From positions 44,589-108,588 of the forward strand of contig JAIXQT010000075.1 in NCBI GenBank assembly GCA_027485595.1: a stretch of 64,000 nt of DNA. The letters are read 5' to 3'. Every line of letters starts with the position of its first letter. The first letter of the stretch is position 1. This stretch comes from Pseudomonadota bacterium (GTDB taxonomy: Bacteria; Bdellovibrionota_C; UBA2361; OMII01). This document shows positions 49,760 to 58,665 of the stretch, piece after piece. The translations under genes and the position numbers were made by a program. Under the pieces are notes generated by a model that worked only from the letters and a program-made list of their open reading frames with translations, was not told the DNA's origin and did not search any database.

Positions 49760-50182
49760 TTAAGCAAGGCCACCAGCATGGCCTTGAAATCTCTGCTCGG
49801 CAAGTACGCCTGGGAGTGAGTGGCCCACAAAGAGCACAACCGACCCTTCGACTCGACCGGATCGGGCAATCATCTTGAGGAGTTCTCGGCGGTTAGGGCT
49901 GTGATGACGAATGCGTGCGGCATGGGGATGGATGTTCTCTGGCTTCCACGAGTAGGTAGTAAGCTCGACCCACTCACCCTCGAACGCTTCACGAATCCGG
50001 CTCCATGGAATCTGTGCCATGACTATCCCCTCGGTAAAGTACGTGCTCATCCTACAGGTCTTTTCGGTGCTTATCAAAATTATTTTGGGTTCGTTGAGGG
50101 GATTCGAGCCGAGCGTCCACCTGTGCCCGTGCTCTTTACCGCGTGCGTAAACGTGACCATAAAGGCTTGGGTTTGGTGCCAC
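49760..50182 (-). CDS. Hypothetical protein upstream of the GH3 gene (probable start at 50050, MSTYFTEG)
   Basis: Its third-position G/C usage fits this genome better than the overlapping plus-strand ORF. It ends 21 nt before the GH3 start. Confidence 0.3.
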   Translation of the reverse strand: MAPNPSLYGHVYARGKEHGHRWTLGSNPLNEPKIILISTEKTCRMSTYFTEGIVMAQIPWSRIREAFEGEWVELTTYSWKPENIHPHAARIRHHSPNRRELLKMIARSGRVEGSVVLFVGHSLPGVLAEQRFQGHAGGLA

Positions 50183-50453
50183 CGTCTACGATACTCGCCG
50201 TGAAAGGTCAGTTCTTACAGATAGTTCGACTGTCGTTTGGGCGGCATCCACGCCTACGTACACGATCCCGGAACGGATCTGAAGCGCTCTTCACGGGAAG
50301 CTCCACACTTGTTTCCTCGGAGATACTGCGCGATCGCGGAGCCGCCATACTGTGAAACATCACGGAGTCCGTTCTCTGTCCCCCCGTTCTCGGAGAGAAA
50401 GATAGGGGGTACGCATGTCGAAGGTTGGGGTGTTTCCACGCGAGAGACCGCAT

Positions 50454-51035
50454 CTATCTGAAGAACAACGGTCGCCCTTCCTTCGAAACAGAATACGTAT
50501 CCAAGATCGTCTTGATCCCTTGACAGCATCGAGCGCGAAGCTGTCCGTCGCTGAGTGCTTGAGCGTCGATCTTCGTAGGATCTCTTCGAATCTCTCCCCT
50601 AAGGCTCTCGCGCAACGGCTCGAGTGCAGCCATCTTCTGAATGACCTCAAGCGTTGCTCCTGCTACGATCTCTTTCTTTGCCTTGTCGTTGAAGGCCGTA
50701 TGGTGCTTCTTCATCGCATCCACAAGGATCGGTGGAAGCTCAACCTTGAAAAGGTGGTTGAGCTGTTGCTCAATCGGCGCACTCGCAGGCAACGCAGCCG
50801 GCGCAGCCGCTGGCTTAGCCGGCACAGGCTGTGTAGGGCGTGCGGGAGTCGCTTGTCGTTGCGGAGACGCCGGTGGAAGCGCCTTACCCGCCCCACTGTC
50901 AATGTGCTTCCCTCTAAAATCGGGAAGGCTCGCTTTATCAAGCGCCGGAGCTGCCGTAGTAGTGGTGCTCTTATCTGGAGCCCGATTTTGGGGCGTAGCC
51001 TTCTTCGCTAGCCGGGCTGATCCTGGTTGGCACAT
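50454..51035 (-). CDS. Hypothetical protein with Pro/Ala-rich N-terminal half and helical C-terminal half
   Basis: It begins 36 nt downstream of the 1404-aa gene on the same strand. The overlapping plus-strand ORF is Arg-rich low-complexity and was rejected. Confidence 0.4.
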   Translation of the reverse strand: MCQPGSARLAKKATPQNRAPDKSTTTTAAPALDKASLPDFRGKHIDSGAGKALPPASPQRQATPARPTQPVPAKPAAAPAALPASAPIEQQLNHLFKVELPPILVDAMKKHHTAFNDKAKKEIVAGATLEVIQKMAALEPLRESLRGEIRRDPTKIDAQALSDGQLRARCCQGIKTILDTYSVSKEGRPLFFR

Positions 51036-51071
51036 ACAAAACTCCTACGCTACCGCTACAATCGATCCCTA

Positions 51072-54000
51072 CTATTCAAAAAAGAGAGCCTTTCGCGCCG
51101 CCACAAAAGCGGGGTCGCTCAGTAGTTGATCGCGGATGATTCTAACCTTCTCCCCGTACAGATCAACTAATGTTCTCATCTCAAGGATGATATTCGGCGC
51201 TCCACTCGCTTGGTCCTCCTCAAAGGTTACAAGGGCCTTTTTCCAGGCGTTTAGACACGGCATAACGCCGCGATGGAAGTGATCCGACGTTGTGTCACGC
51301 CCCTCATCGCGCCCCCGCACCCAGCTTGCCGCCAGAATGTCCTCTATGCCATGCCGCTTAAGGAGCTCCCGCAGATCGGCTTGAAAGGGGATCGAGAGCT
51401 CCGCGAGTGGACCACCGTACTCACCATTCGACAGGATCGAACCGATCAGTTGAAACGTTGGAGCTCGGCTAATATCGATCAACCCAAGCATATCGGTGCG
51501 TCCGTCGAAGGTGAAGAAGTCTCCGCCCCCAGAACGCCGATGACCGCCCTCGCCGGGAAAGCTCGCCAAGGGCCCTGCTGCGTCGTAAATCACCATCCGC
51601 TTGCCGGTCTCGTGGTTGTAATTGCCAGCGGAGAACATCTCGAGCGAGTACTCGGGATTATCCACCGCGCTCAACAATATCGTCGCGCCGAGCGCGGCGC
51701 ACTGTGCTGGACGCAAACGTCCGCGAATACAGAATTGGTACTCCGGGAACTCGGGCTTGATAATCTTAAACTCCACAAGGAGCCGCGCTACCTCAACCAA
51801 CTCACGAGCGCTCGTCATAGCTGGGAGTACGATGCAGTCATCGGCGTTATCCACCTTAAAGCCGCCCGTGAACGAGAAGGGGGCTACAAGTTGGAGCGCC
51901 TCAAGTTTCCTCCTATCGACCTTAGAGTGAAGGTGTAGCTTGCACCCAATCGGAAGCAGAGCCGCCGCGTCACGACGGAGTTCCCTCACGATCCCACGGA
52001 ATTCGTCGAGCTTTGGATCGCTCGCAAGAACGCTCAAGCCCTCCTTGTGTACCTGCGGCCACTCCTCAAGCTGTGCGACCTCGCCGTCCCGCGCACCCTG
52101 TTCAGCGATCATCCGCTGCATCAAGAAGCTCCCTACAAGGGCGTGATTAGCAATAGCGAGCGAGTCATTCGAGCGACTTAATCCACGATTAATAGTGTTC
52201 ACGGCGGCGTTAATCTCTTCCGCGCACTGCTTGAGAAACACCAGATGCATCCATCCCGGAAAAACCTCAGCGAGCACCTTTCTTTGCGGGAGCAGTAACG
52301 GCTCCTCCCATCCGGCAATTTCACGCCCCCAGTTCTCCGGATGGGCGCTCTGAGCCTGATCCCGAAGTCGTTCAATCGATTGCACACTACCCCGTATAGC
52401 GTGAGTAACCCCCTCGAGAGCACCCCAGCTTAAGAGGCTTGCGGAGAGCTTCGATGAAACCTTGGCAGGGTCGAAGCACCGCGCGAATTCAAGCACCTTT
52501 CCATCAAGATGCTTCTGTACCGTTTCGGCATTTGGTGAGCGCGGTTGATCATCGCAGAGATCTCTCGATTCATACGACTGCTCCTCGAATGCCATAAGCT
52601 CACTATCGTGCTCCGGTGCCACGGTGAGCTGCTCTATGAGGGTGTCGAGACAGTGGCGGTGCTCACGCGCGTCGAGCACCCCTGCGGCGACCAGGAGATT
52701 GAGGTTGTAGATCGTTGGCGCAATGGCGCAGAACTTCTCACGGCGATATGCTTGCTGAGTTCCCTGTAGCTCCCCAGCAGCTCTTCGAACGTTCTCTATG
52801 ACACCTTCGTGGTCGATCTCTGGAGGAGAGATAAGCATCGATTCAAAAGGCGGTAGCGGACGGTCATGGGATGAAAACTCGTCATCACAATCGCGCTCTA
52901 CATTCGCGAGTCTCTCCCTCTCAATGGTGAGTTGTTGTGCTGCCCATGGCTCCGGAGCGAAATCAGCCTCTAGTAAGAAGTAACGGTCGCGGGGGAGTGC
53001 TCTTCGCTCCCACTTCTCGACCTCCTGCGCGATCGAGTGGTGACGATTAAGGAGTCTGTACGCTCGGGCAGCCACCTTCTCCGCTGGTTGGCGCATCCCA
53101 ATATAGCTCTCCGCGACCTCGATCCTCGTAAGCCGCTCCGCCGAAAGTGGGGCGGTAATCCAGCCGAAGAGACGAGAGACGGCTTTGGGACTCACGAGAC
53201 CGATAAGCTGCGCGTCAAGCACCGCTGAGAGCGCGGCGAACTTCTGCACCAAGAGATCTCTGTTGTTTTCCTCATGAAGATGGTGTTTCGAGCGAAAGCC
53301 TGGCCAGGAGATCACAACGTTAGGGTCACGAATCGCGTCGTACTGCTCAAGAAACCGCAAGAACCCACGGGGGGGACTGAGCGGCTCCGGCATCTTGGCC
53401 GCGAAGAAGGCGAGATACACTTGGGCGATAAATCGTTGTTTCCGTGGGGAGCCGAGCACCTCACTCGCAAGGCGTTGCTCGAACTCGTGCCACGCCACGG
53501 CAGGGGACTGGGGAGCAACGGAGGCGTTACACTCAAGGAGGAGCTCGCGCGGACCGAGAGGGATGTGCGTGCCGAGCAATCCAGCGGTGCGTCGCTCGCC
53601 TCGACCGGTGAGTGGCACGGGATTAAACGCGCGGTTCTCAAGGGGGAGGGCGAGGGGGCCCTCAAGTTGCAGGAGGTCAGACACCGTAGCGGACAGGTCA
53701 AACGACTGTCCCTTGCTGGCGCCGCTGAGTCCAAACACCTCCCGAAGGTTTGCGAGCCCCGGTTTAGCGAAGGAAGCCTCGCTTCCCTCAAGGATCGCGA
53801 TAATCTTTGAAGTCGGCTTCTCGCGCATCAAGCAATCTTCAAGGATTGAGAGGCCCCGCGCGGATCCGTTCGTACCGTACTGACCCATGAGATCGACCGC
53901 GTACTGCCCGATTGCGCGAGCACGCTCAGGATTCCCCGCGCCGTAGTAATTGATCACCAGAGAGCAGAACCGGATCGCCACCTCTTCGCCGACCTCCGCG

Positions 54001-55286
54001 AAGGACGCGAGCTCCTTCCCCTTTGCCGCGTAGAGGGTCGCTGTCTCCTCAAAAGAGGAACCCGCGATAGCGGCTATTTTATGGATCTCATCTCCAGAGA
54101 GCGATGGCGTCACGATCGCAAAGTCACGACGGAACCACCACGGGGCAGCGCCTTGGCAATAGATATCGGTAATAATCTGAGTGGCGCGGGCGAGCGCTGT
54201 TTCTGGCGCCTCAGCGTGAAGGTATTGGAAGAGGGCCGACGCGCGGTCGGGATTAAGACCGTTCTCAAGCGCTGACTCAAGTGCGCGGACAAATGTGGTA
54301 AAGTTCTCTGATTGAAGCTCCTCATGCGAAAGACGCTCTCGATTCTCCAGCGCAAAGAGGAACGCTTCTGGAAGAACCTTGTCGCCCGTCACCGCTGATA
54401 CGATCCGATACGTCGCATCACTCCATGCGTCACGTGCGAAGACCCGCTCACGATCGAGCTCCTCGTTCCTTACGTTCCCCATAACAGAGGCAAGTGGCAT
54501 AAAGGCGAGCTCAGGCGGTAACGAACGGTAATCGTGCCCAAGGCACGACACGCCATGCCCGTGCGTTATCTCAACACACGCCGCAGCCCATGCCAGTGGC
54601 GAGCGAAAAGCATCTTGCCCGAGATGTGGATGGACCGCCTGCGCGTAGAACTCAGGCTGAAAGTAGAACCACTGAAACAGAGCCTTCGTCGTGTACTGAT
54701 TGAGGAACGCGAGAACAGAGGCTCGCTCAACTCGCTTCGACACATCACCATCTTCTGAGAGGGCGAGGTCGGTCGCAGGAATGCCGCCGTTGGAGGGTGT
54801 GATCGTAATCGTATCGTCTGTAATCCGAACGGAACCCTCGCGACGGTCGCGCAACGCCTCGGTCAATCCCTTGAGGTGCTGTTTGAGCCACGATAAGCGG
54901 GGACCCTCTTGGTTGTGGTCACCGGACCTCTCATAGCGATCCTCTTCTAAAAACCGCCTGATGGCGAACTGTTCAACCGAAGGTGTGCGGCTAGAGTAGA
55001 AGAAGAGGCCCCACTTCGGACCGTACTGAAATAGATCGTGTCGCCCCTGGAGAGGACGGATGTAAATGTAGTGGGGGAGAGTTTCCGTCTCGCTCATATC
55101 GGCGAGACAGCGTGGACCTGGATTGTACGCGCCGCCTAGTGCTCGGATGGGAAAGTTAGAAACCTCTGCGAGTAACTCCCTAAAGTCCTCTAAGAACTCG
55201 CTCTCCCGCGAAGGGAGAGACAGGGATTCCTGCGGCGAACTCTTTAAGGCAACAACACTAGTACTCATCACGAGACACGGCCACAC
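51072..55286 (-). CDS. Very large (about 1400 aa) soluble hypothetical protein without recognisable domains
   Basis: A 4.2-kb uninterrupted ORF with genome-typical codon usage. There is no signal peptide or TM helix, and no Walker A or HExxH. The possible start is MSTSVV at 55268. Confidence 0.6.
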   Translation of the reverse strand: MWPCLVMSTSVVALKSSPQESLSLPSRESEFLEDFRELLAEVSNFPIRALGGAYNPGPRCLADMSETETLPHYIYIRPLQGRHDLFQYGPKWGLFFYSSRTPSVEQFAIRRFLEEDRYERSGDHNQEGPRLSWLKQHLKGLTEALRDRREGSVRITDDTITITPSNGGIPATDLALSEDGDVSKRVERASVLAFLNQYTTKALFQWFYFQPEFYAQAVHPHLGQDAFRSPLAWAAACVEITHGHGVSCLGHDYRSLPPELAFMPLASVMGNVRNEELDRERVFARDAWSDATYRIVSAVTGDKVLPEAFLFALENRERLSHEELQSENFTTFVRALESALENGLNPDRASALFQYLHAEAPETALARATQIITDIYCQGAAPWWFRRDFAIVTPSLSGDEIHKIAAIAGSSFEETATLYAAKGKELASFAEVGEEVAIRFCSLVINYYGAGNPERARAIGQYAVDLMGQYGTNGSARGLSILEDCLMREKPTSKIIAILEGSEASFAKPGLANLREVFGLSGASKGQSFDLSATVSDLLQLEGPLALPLENRAFNPVPLTGRGERRTAGLLGTHIPLGPRELLLECNASVAPQSPAVAWHEFEQRLASEVLGSPRKQRFIAQVYLAFFAAKMPEPLSPPRGFLRFLEQYDAIRDPNVVISWPGFRSKHHLHEENNRDLLVQKFAALSAVLDAQLIGLVSPKAVSRLFGWITAPLSAERLTRIEVAESYIGMRQPAEKVAARAYRLLNRHHSIAQEVEKWERRALPRDRYFLLEADFAPEPWAAQQLTIERERLANVERDCDDEFSSHDRPLPPFESMLISPPEIDHEGVIENVRRAAGELQGTQQAYRREKFCAIAPTIYNLNLLVAAGVLDAREHRHCLDTLIEQLTVAPEHDSELMAFEEQSYESRDLCDDQPRSPNAETVQKHLDGKVLEFARCFDPAKVSSKLSASLLSWGALEGVTHAIRGSVQSIERLRDQAQSAHPENWGREIAGWEEPLLLPQRKVLAEVFPGWMHLVFLKQCAEEINAAVNTINRGLSRSNDSLAIANHALVGSFLMQRMIAEQGARDGEVAQLEEWPQVHKEGLSVLASDPKLDEFRGIVRELRRDAAALLPIGCKLHLHSKVDRRKLEALQLVAPFSFTGGFKVDNADDCIVLPAMTSARELVEVARLLVEFKIIKPEFPEYQFCIRGRLRPAQCAALGATILLSAVDNPEYSLEMFSAGNYNHETGKRMVIYDAAGPLASFPGEGGHRRSGGGDFFTFDGRTDMLGLIDISRAPTFQLIGSILSNGEYGGPLAELSIPFQADLRELLKRHGIEDILAASWVRGRDEGRDTTSDHFHRGVMPCLNAWKKALVTFEEDQASGAPNIILEMRTLVDLYGEKVRIIRDQLLSDPAFVAARKALFFE

Positions 55287-55393
55287 AACGGTTTGGGCAA
55301 GAGCCGGAGTGTAGCTGGAGCGAAGGGGCTACTCAAACGATGCAAAGGTACTATGAAAGCCCTGGATCGTGAGGGGAGGGTGGGGTTGTTTGT

Positions 55394-56632
55394 TTGGGTA
55401 GGCAATGGTCTGGAATGTCAAAATACGCCACCCTACCCCTCAACACCCCCATAACCCTTCCCATGCACCCAGCCACCAAAACCATCGCTACGCCCTCTGT
55501 TCCTCCCTATCGGTCCGATCCCCTCGACTCCCTGGCAACGCAGTCTTCAGAGATCATGATCCTTCACAGTCAGCTGTTAATCGCCTCAACCTTGCGTGCG
55601 CAGGGGGTTTTCGGCGGCGCAAGCCCCTCAGAGGTCCGGGCCCACTTTGAGCGGATCCGCGACCAGCTATCGCCAAACGTGCCGAGCGATGATCTCAAGC
55701 GGTACAGCGATATCCGATCCCCTGGCAGTCAGATGATGCATCTCTTTCTTTCGCTCTGCGCGCAGGTCCCCCAGTATCTCTCGGATCGGGTTGGGGGCTC
55801 CTTGCCAGCGAGGGATGCTCTAGATTGTCTCCGTGACGAAGCCCGAACCCGGAAGTTCCTGGAAGCCATCCCTGAATCTCTCGCTCGCATTCGAAACACC
55901 AACCCATCAGGGCAGGTGCATGTCGTCGATGCTGGATGTGGACCGATACCGATCATGGCGATCGCGGCTGCCTGGAGTGATCCGGGGGTGTATGTAACCG
56001 CGCTTGAACTTAATCCGCTCTCTGCTGAGCTTGCGCAAGGGATCATTACCGCTCTTGATCTTCAGGATCGAATTACTATCACATGTGACGATGCGACGAC
56101 CTACGCACCCTCCCGGCCAATTGACCTCATCATCTCTGAAACGATTAGCGCCGGCCTACTCAATGAGCCAGTGGTTGCGGTCATGCAGAACCTCTCGAAG
56201 CACCTAACCGCGAGGGGGGAAACGCTACCAACAGGGATCGATGTGCACCTTGGCGTTTTTCCGATTCATCAGTTTGAATCCCCGCTCGGCCACCTCCCCT
56301 ACAATGGCTTAACCGCGCTCTTGGCGCCCACAGAGCTTGCGCGCATCCCGTGGAAAGCGACCTCCCCTTTGTCTAGGATCGCGGCTCGAATGGCTATTGC
56401 TCCCTGCCATGCTGACTCGGTCGCGTGCGCATGGTTAACAGTACGGCTAGGGGACGCGGCGCTTCGCATGAACGAATCCCTCATCACGACACCAACGCTC
56501 GTGAACTGCCTGACATCCGACAAAAAAATTGAACCACTTATCATCAATGCCCTGCCAGCGCCAACATCGATTGCAGTTTTTGGTGAGCCTGGCGGACCAT
56601 TTCTTATCGGGGTACTTCCTCGGAACGAGTGA
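55394..56632 (+). CDS. Class I SAM-dependent methyltransferase with PRMT-like (protein arginine methyltransferase) double-E loop
   Basis: Motif I VHVVDAGCGPIPI, an acidic post-I residue (TALELNP), then PIDLIISETISAGLLNEPV. This aligns to the PRMT1 VDIIISEWMGYCLFYESM segment with the two Glu residues spaced identically. It is divergent from the 1404-aa gene. Confidence 0.5.
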   Translation: MGRQWSGMSKYATLPLNTPITLPMHPATKTIATPSVPPYRSDPLDSLATQSSEIMILHSQLLIASTLRAQGVFGGASPSEVRAHFERIRDQLSPNVPSDDLKRYSDIRSPGSQMMHLFLSLCAQVPQYLSDRVGGSLPARDALDCLRDEARTRKFLEAIPESLARIRNTNPSGQVHVVDAGCGPIPIMAIAAAWSDPGVYVTALELNPLSAELAQGIITALDLQDRITITCDDATTYAPSRPIDLIISETISAGLLNEPVVAVMQNLSKHLTARGETLPTGIDVHLGVFPIHQFESPLGHLPYNGLTALLAPTELARIPWKATSPLSRIAARMAIAPCHADSVACAWLTVRLGDAALRMNESLITTPTLVNCLTSDKKIEPLIINALPAPTSIAVFGEPGGPFLIGVLPRNE

Positions 56633-57300
56633 CTGGAAAATTCGCTCCTATCTTTCTGGGTAGTGCCTCACCAGGGTGGGCCACACATAGTTGCCACTAC
56701 CAAAGACGAGAGGAGAATTCGATGCCCTGTGTCCTCCCTTTATGGACATGGATACATGATGAGGGCAGTGCGAGACCCTGACCTATCCCACATTAGACCA
56801 TACCCGAGAGTCCTCAAGGATATCGAGCGCCCAGCGAAAGTGCCTCAAGACTTTGGTACACCCTACTTTTCAAAAGTAGGCGAAGTTGTTGAAATCGCAG
56901 GTTAGCTGAAACTATCTCTGATATGCACTGCGGCGCTTGGGCGGCTTCGATTAAGGAGGGTGTGTCAGAGGATTGAGCTAAGCAGATAGGACTCCTTACA
57001 ATCGGCCACTGGCGTAATTAGTTGTTTGATAAGTAACCCCAGACCTGGAGGAGAAAGAAGCACGCGCAGGTCTCTTAATAATGAAGAGGAAAACGGAGCG
57101 AAAAGGGACGTTTCCTTTTGTGATGCCTCTAACCGGTCTTGGTGTCGTGACTGGATGTAGTAGCCCCGGTACAGAGGAACAATTTTTTGATCAAAGGACC
57201 AAGGATCAAAGGGAACCAACCCCTCCTAGCGGAGGGGATCAAGGATGTCCGCCGTAGCGCCACAGGCGCGAAGGTGGGAACCCAATGACCGAGGACTAAA

Positions 57301-57909
57301 TTATTTTGATTCCGCAGAAGCGCGCACAAACAACGCCCCATAGCGAGGAAAGCCGTAGTGGAGCCAGTGGAAGTTGTCGCGAACACGCCGACCATCAACA
57401 TCAAGCCCGCCTCGAACATCCCGCACGCACCGCTCTCGGTAGGTCTCTAGAGCGTTCTTTTCTGCGTCATTGATAGTGTCGTTGCCTTCTTTCGCTAAGA
57501 GGCCTTCAACATAGGCCCGGTTCTCTTCGCGGGTAGCAACTCGGTAACCTCCTAACCTTTCAGCATAGGATGTCTGATCCGCTCGTGATTTATTGAAAGA
57601 CCCTTCCGACAGGAGGGTATCTAATTGCTGACCCTTTACTGATATTTGACCCACTACAGCCTGATGATTGTCGATGGTCTTGATCTCGCTGACAGCTTGC
57701 GATTGTGCATCGGACTGGGCGGCTTCAGTGCTTGTGAGAGCTTGCAGAAATTTTACTCGCGCCTCAGGAGAAATCGCTTTGAGCGCCTCTGACGTCATGT
57801 CAGATACTAGATGGTCAAGCACTGCGGTCTTGCCTGCTTGTGGCAGGATACCAGCTGCACTCTTAGCTACCTCAACTGCTGCTTTCGTATCTATTGCTGG
57901 GCTAGTCAT
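57301..57909 (-). CDS. Hypothetical protein (202 aa), translationally coupled to an upstream 53-aa ORF
   Basis: The ORF has no motif. Its ATG overlaps the stop of the small upstream ORF (ATGA). Confidence 0.45.
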   Translation of the reverse strand: MTSPAIDTKAAVEVAKSAAGILPQAGKTAVLDHLVSDMTSEALKAISPEARVKFLQALTSTEAAQSDAQSQAVSEIKTIDNHQAVVGQISVKGQQLDTLLSEGSFNKSRADQTSYAERLGGYRVATREENRAYVEGLLAKEGNDTINDAEKNALETYRERCVRDVRGGLDVDGRRVRDNFHWLHYGFPRYGALFVRASAESK

Positions 57910-58067
57910 TGTGCTTCCCTCCGAGCCTTATCCTCTTCAACTATCGAAACGAGGCGTTTTGCTATCTCAATCTTCTCTTCTATGGAGAGCATTGGAGATG
58001 CTCGCAGCGCTTCTATGCGCCGTACGATCTCAGCTACCTTATCCTCGGTTTTCGTATCGTTTTCCAT
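57906..58067 (-). CDS. Small helical protein (53 aa; MENDTKTEDKVAEIVRRIEALRASPMLSIEEKIEIAKRLVSIVEEDKARREAQ), not in the ORF track because it is under 60 aa
   Basis: Hand-translated from the reverse complement of 57906..58067. The ATG is at 58067 and the TGA overlaps the ATG of the 202-aa gene. Confidence 0.4.
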   Translation of the reverse strand: MENDTKTEDKVAEIVRRIEALRASPMLSIEEKIEIAKRLVSIVEEDKARREAQ

Positions 58068-58665
58068 AGCTCCCTTATCTAGAGTCTAAATCAATCCGCG
58101 CGCCAATCAACTGCTGTTGCAATCTGCCGGTTTGGGACGTCTTGCGTGCCTGCCTCAAAATACCCACGAAGGGTCTACGGGAACTCCCGTTGCTCGAACT
58201 TTAAAATGGAGATGTGGCTCACCTAGCTATCTCTCTCACAGACCCCGCGCAAGGGATTCCGAGCTTAGATGGGGGCACTCGCCTGAAATCTTGAGATATT
58301 CAGATATGATTTGAAATCATACGACCCGCGAATTTTTCGCGCGCGCTCTCTGAGAAAAATGGTAGGGGGAAAGTGGTAGGGGAACGGGTCCGCTGTTCCG
58401 AGGCCGCCAGCCTTCACGGATGGCTGGAACCGATCTGGCGACGCTATCACTGAAATCTCCGCGCCCCAGAGATCTGCTTAGAGCCATCCATCGCAGCAAC
58501 GGGGTGTAGCAAGCTCCGACGACGTCCGAAGCATGATTTTTCCCGCCACCGCCAACTAGCTGCTTTCAAATCGCTTTTCTACCTACCTACTCATTCCGGG
58601 CGCACCATCGCGACAAACCTTAACTAATTGCCGGGTCATGCCGACCTACGAACGTATGTGGGGAT

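Noticed and set aside
49820-50203. Plus-strand 127-aa ORF overlapping the minus-strand hypothetical gene upstream of GH3
   Set aside because: Its third codon positions are A/T-rich, which is unlike this genome's genes. The minus-strand ORF has better codon usage and forms an operon with GH3.
50415-51011. Plus-strand 198-aa Arg-rich ORF
   Set aside because: It is low-complexity Arg/Ser sequence, typical of an off-frame read of GC-rich DNA. The minus-strand ORF 50454..51035 was preferred.
56900-57300. Possible structured ncRNA in the ~400-nt gap after the PRMT-like gene
   Set aside because: I found two short hairpins but nothing resembling the conserved cores of tmRNA, SRP RNA, RNase P or 6S RNA, so the support is insufficient.
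57668-58089. Plus-strand ORFs of 133 and 92 aa from the ORF track
   Set aside because: A minus-strand 53-aa ORF with ATGA coupling to the next gene explains this region better. The plus-strand ORFs have no start context or motif.
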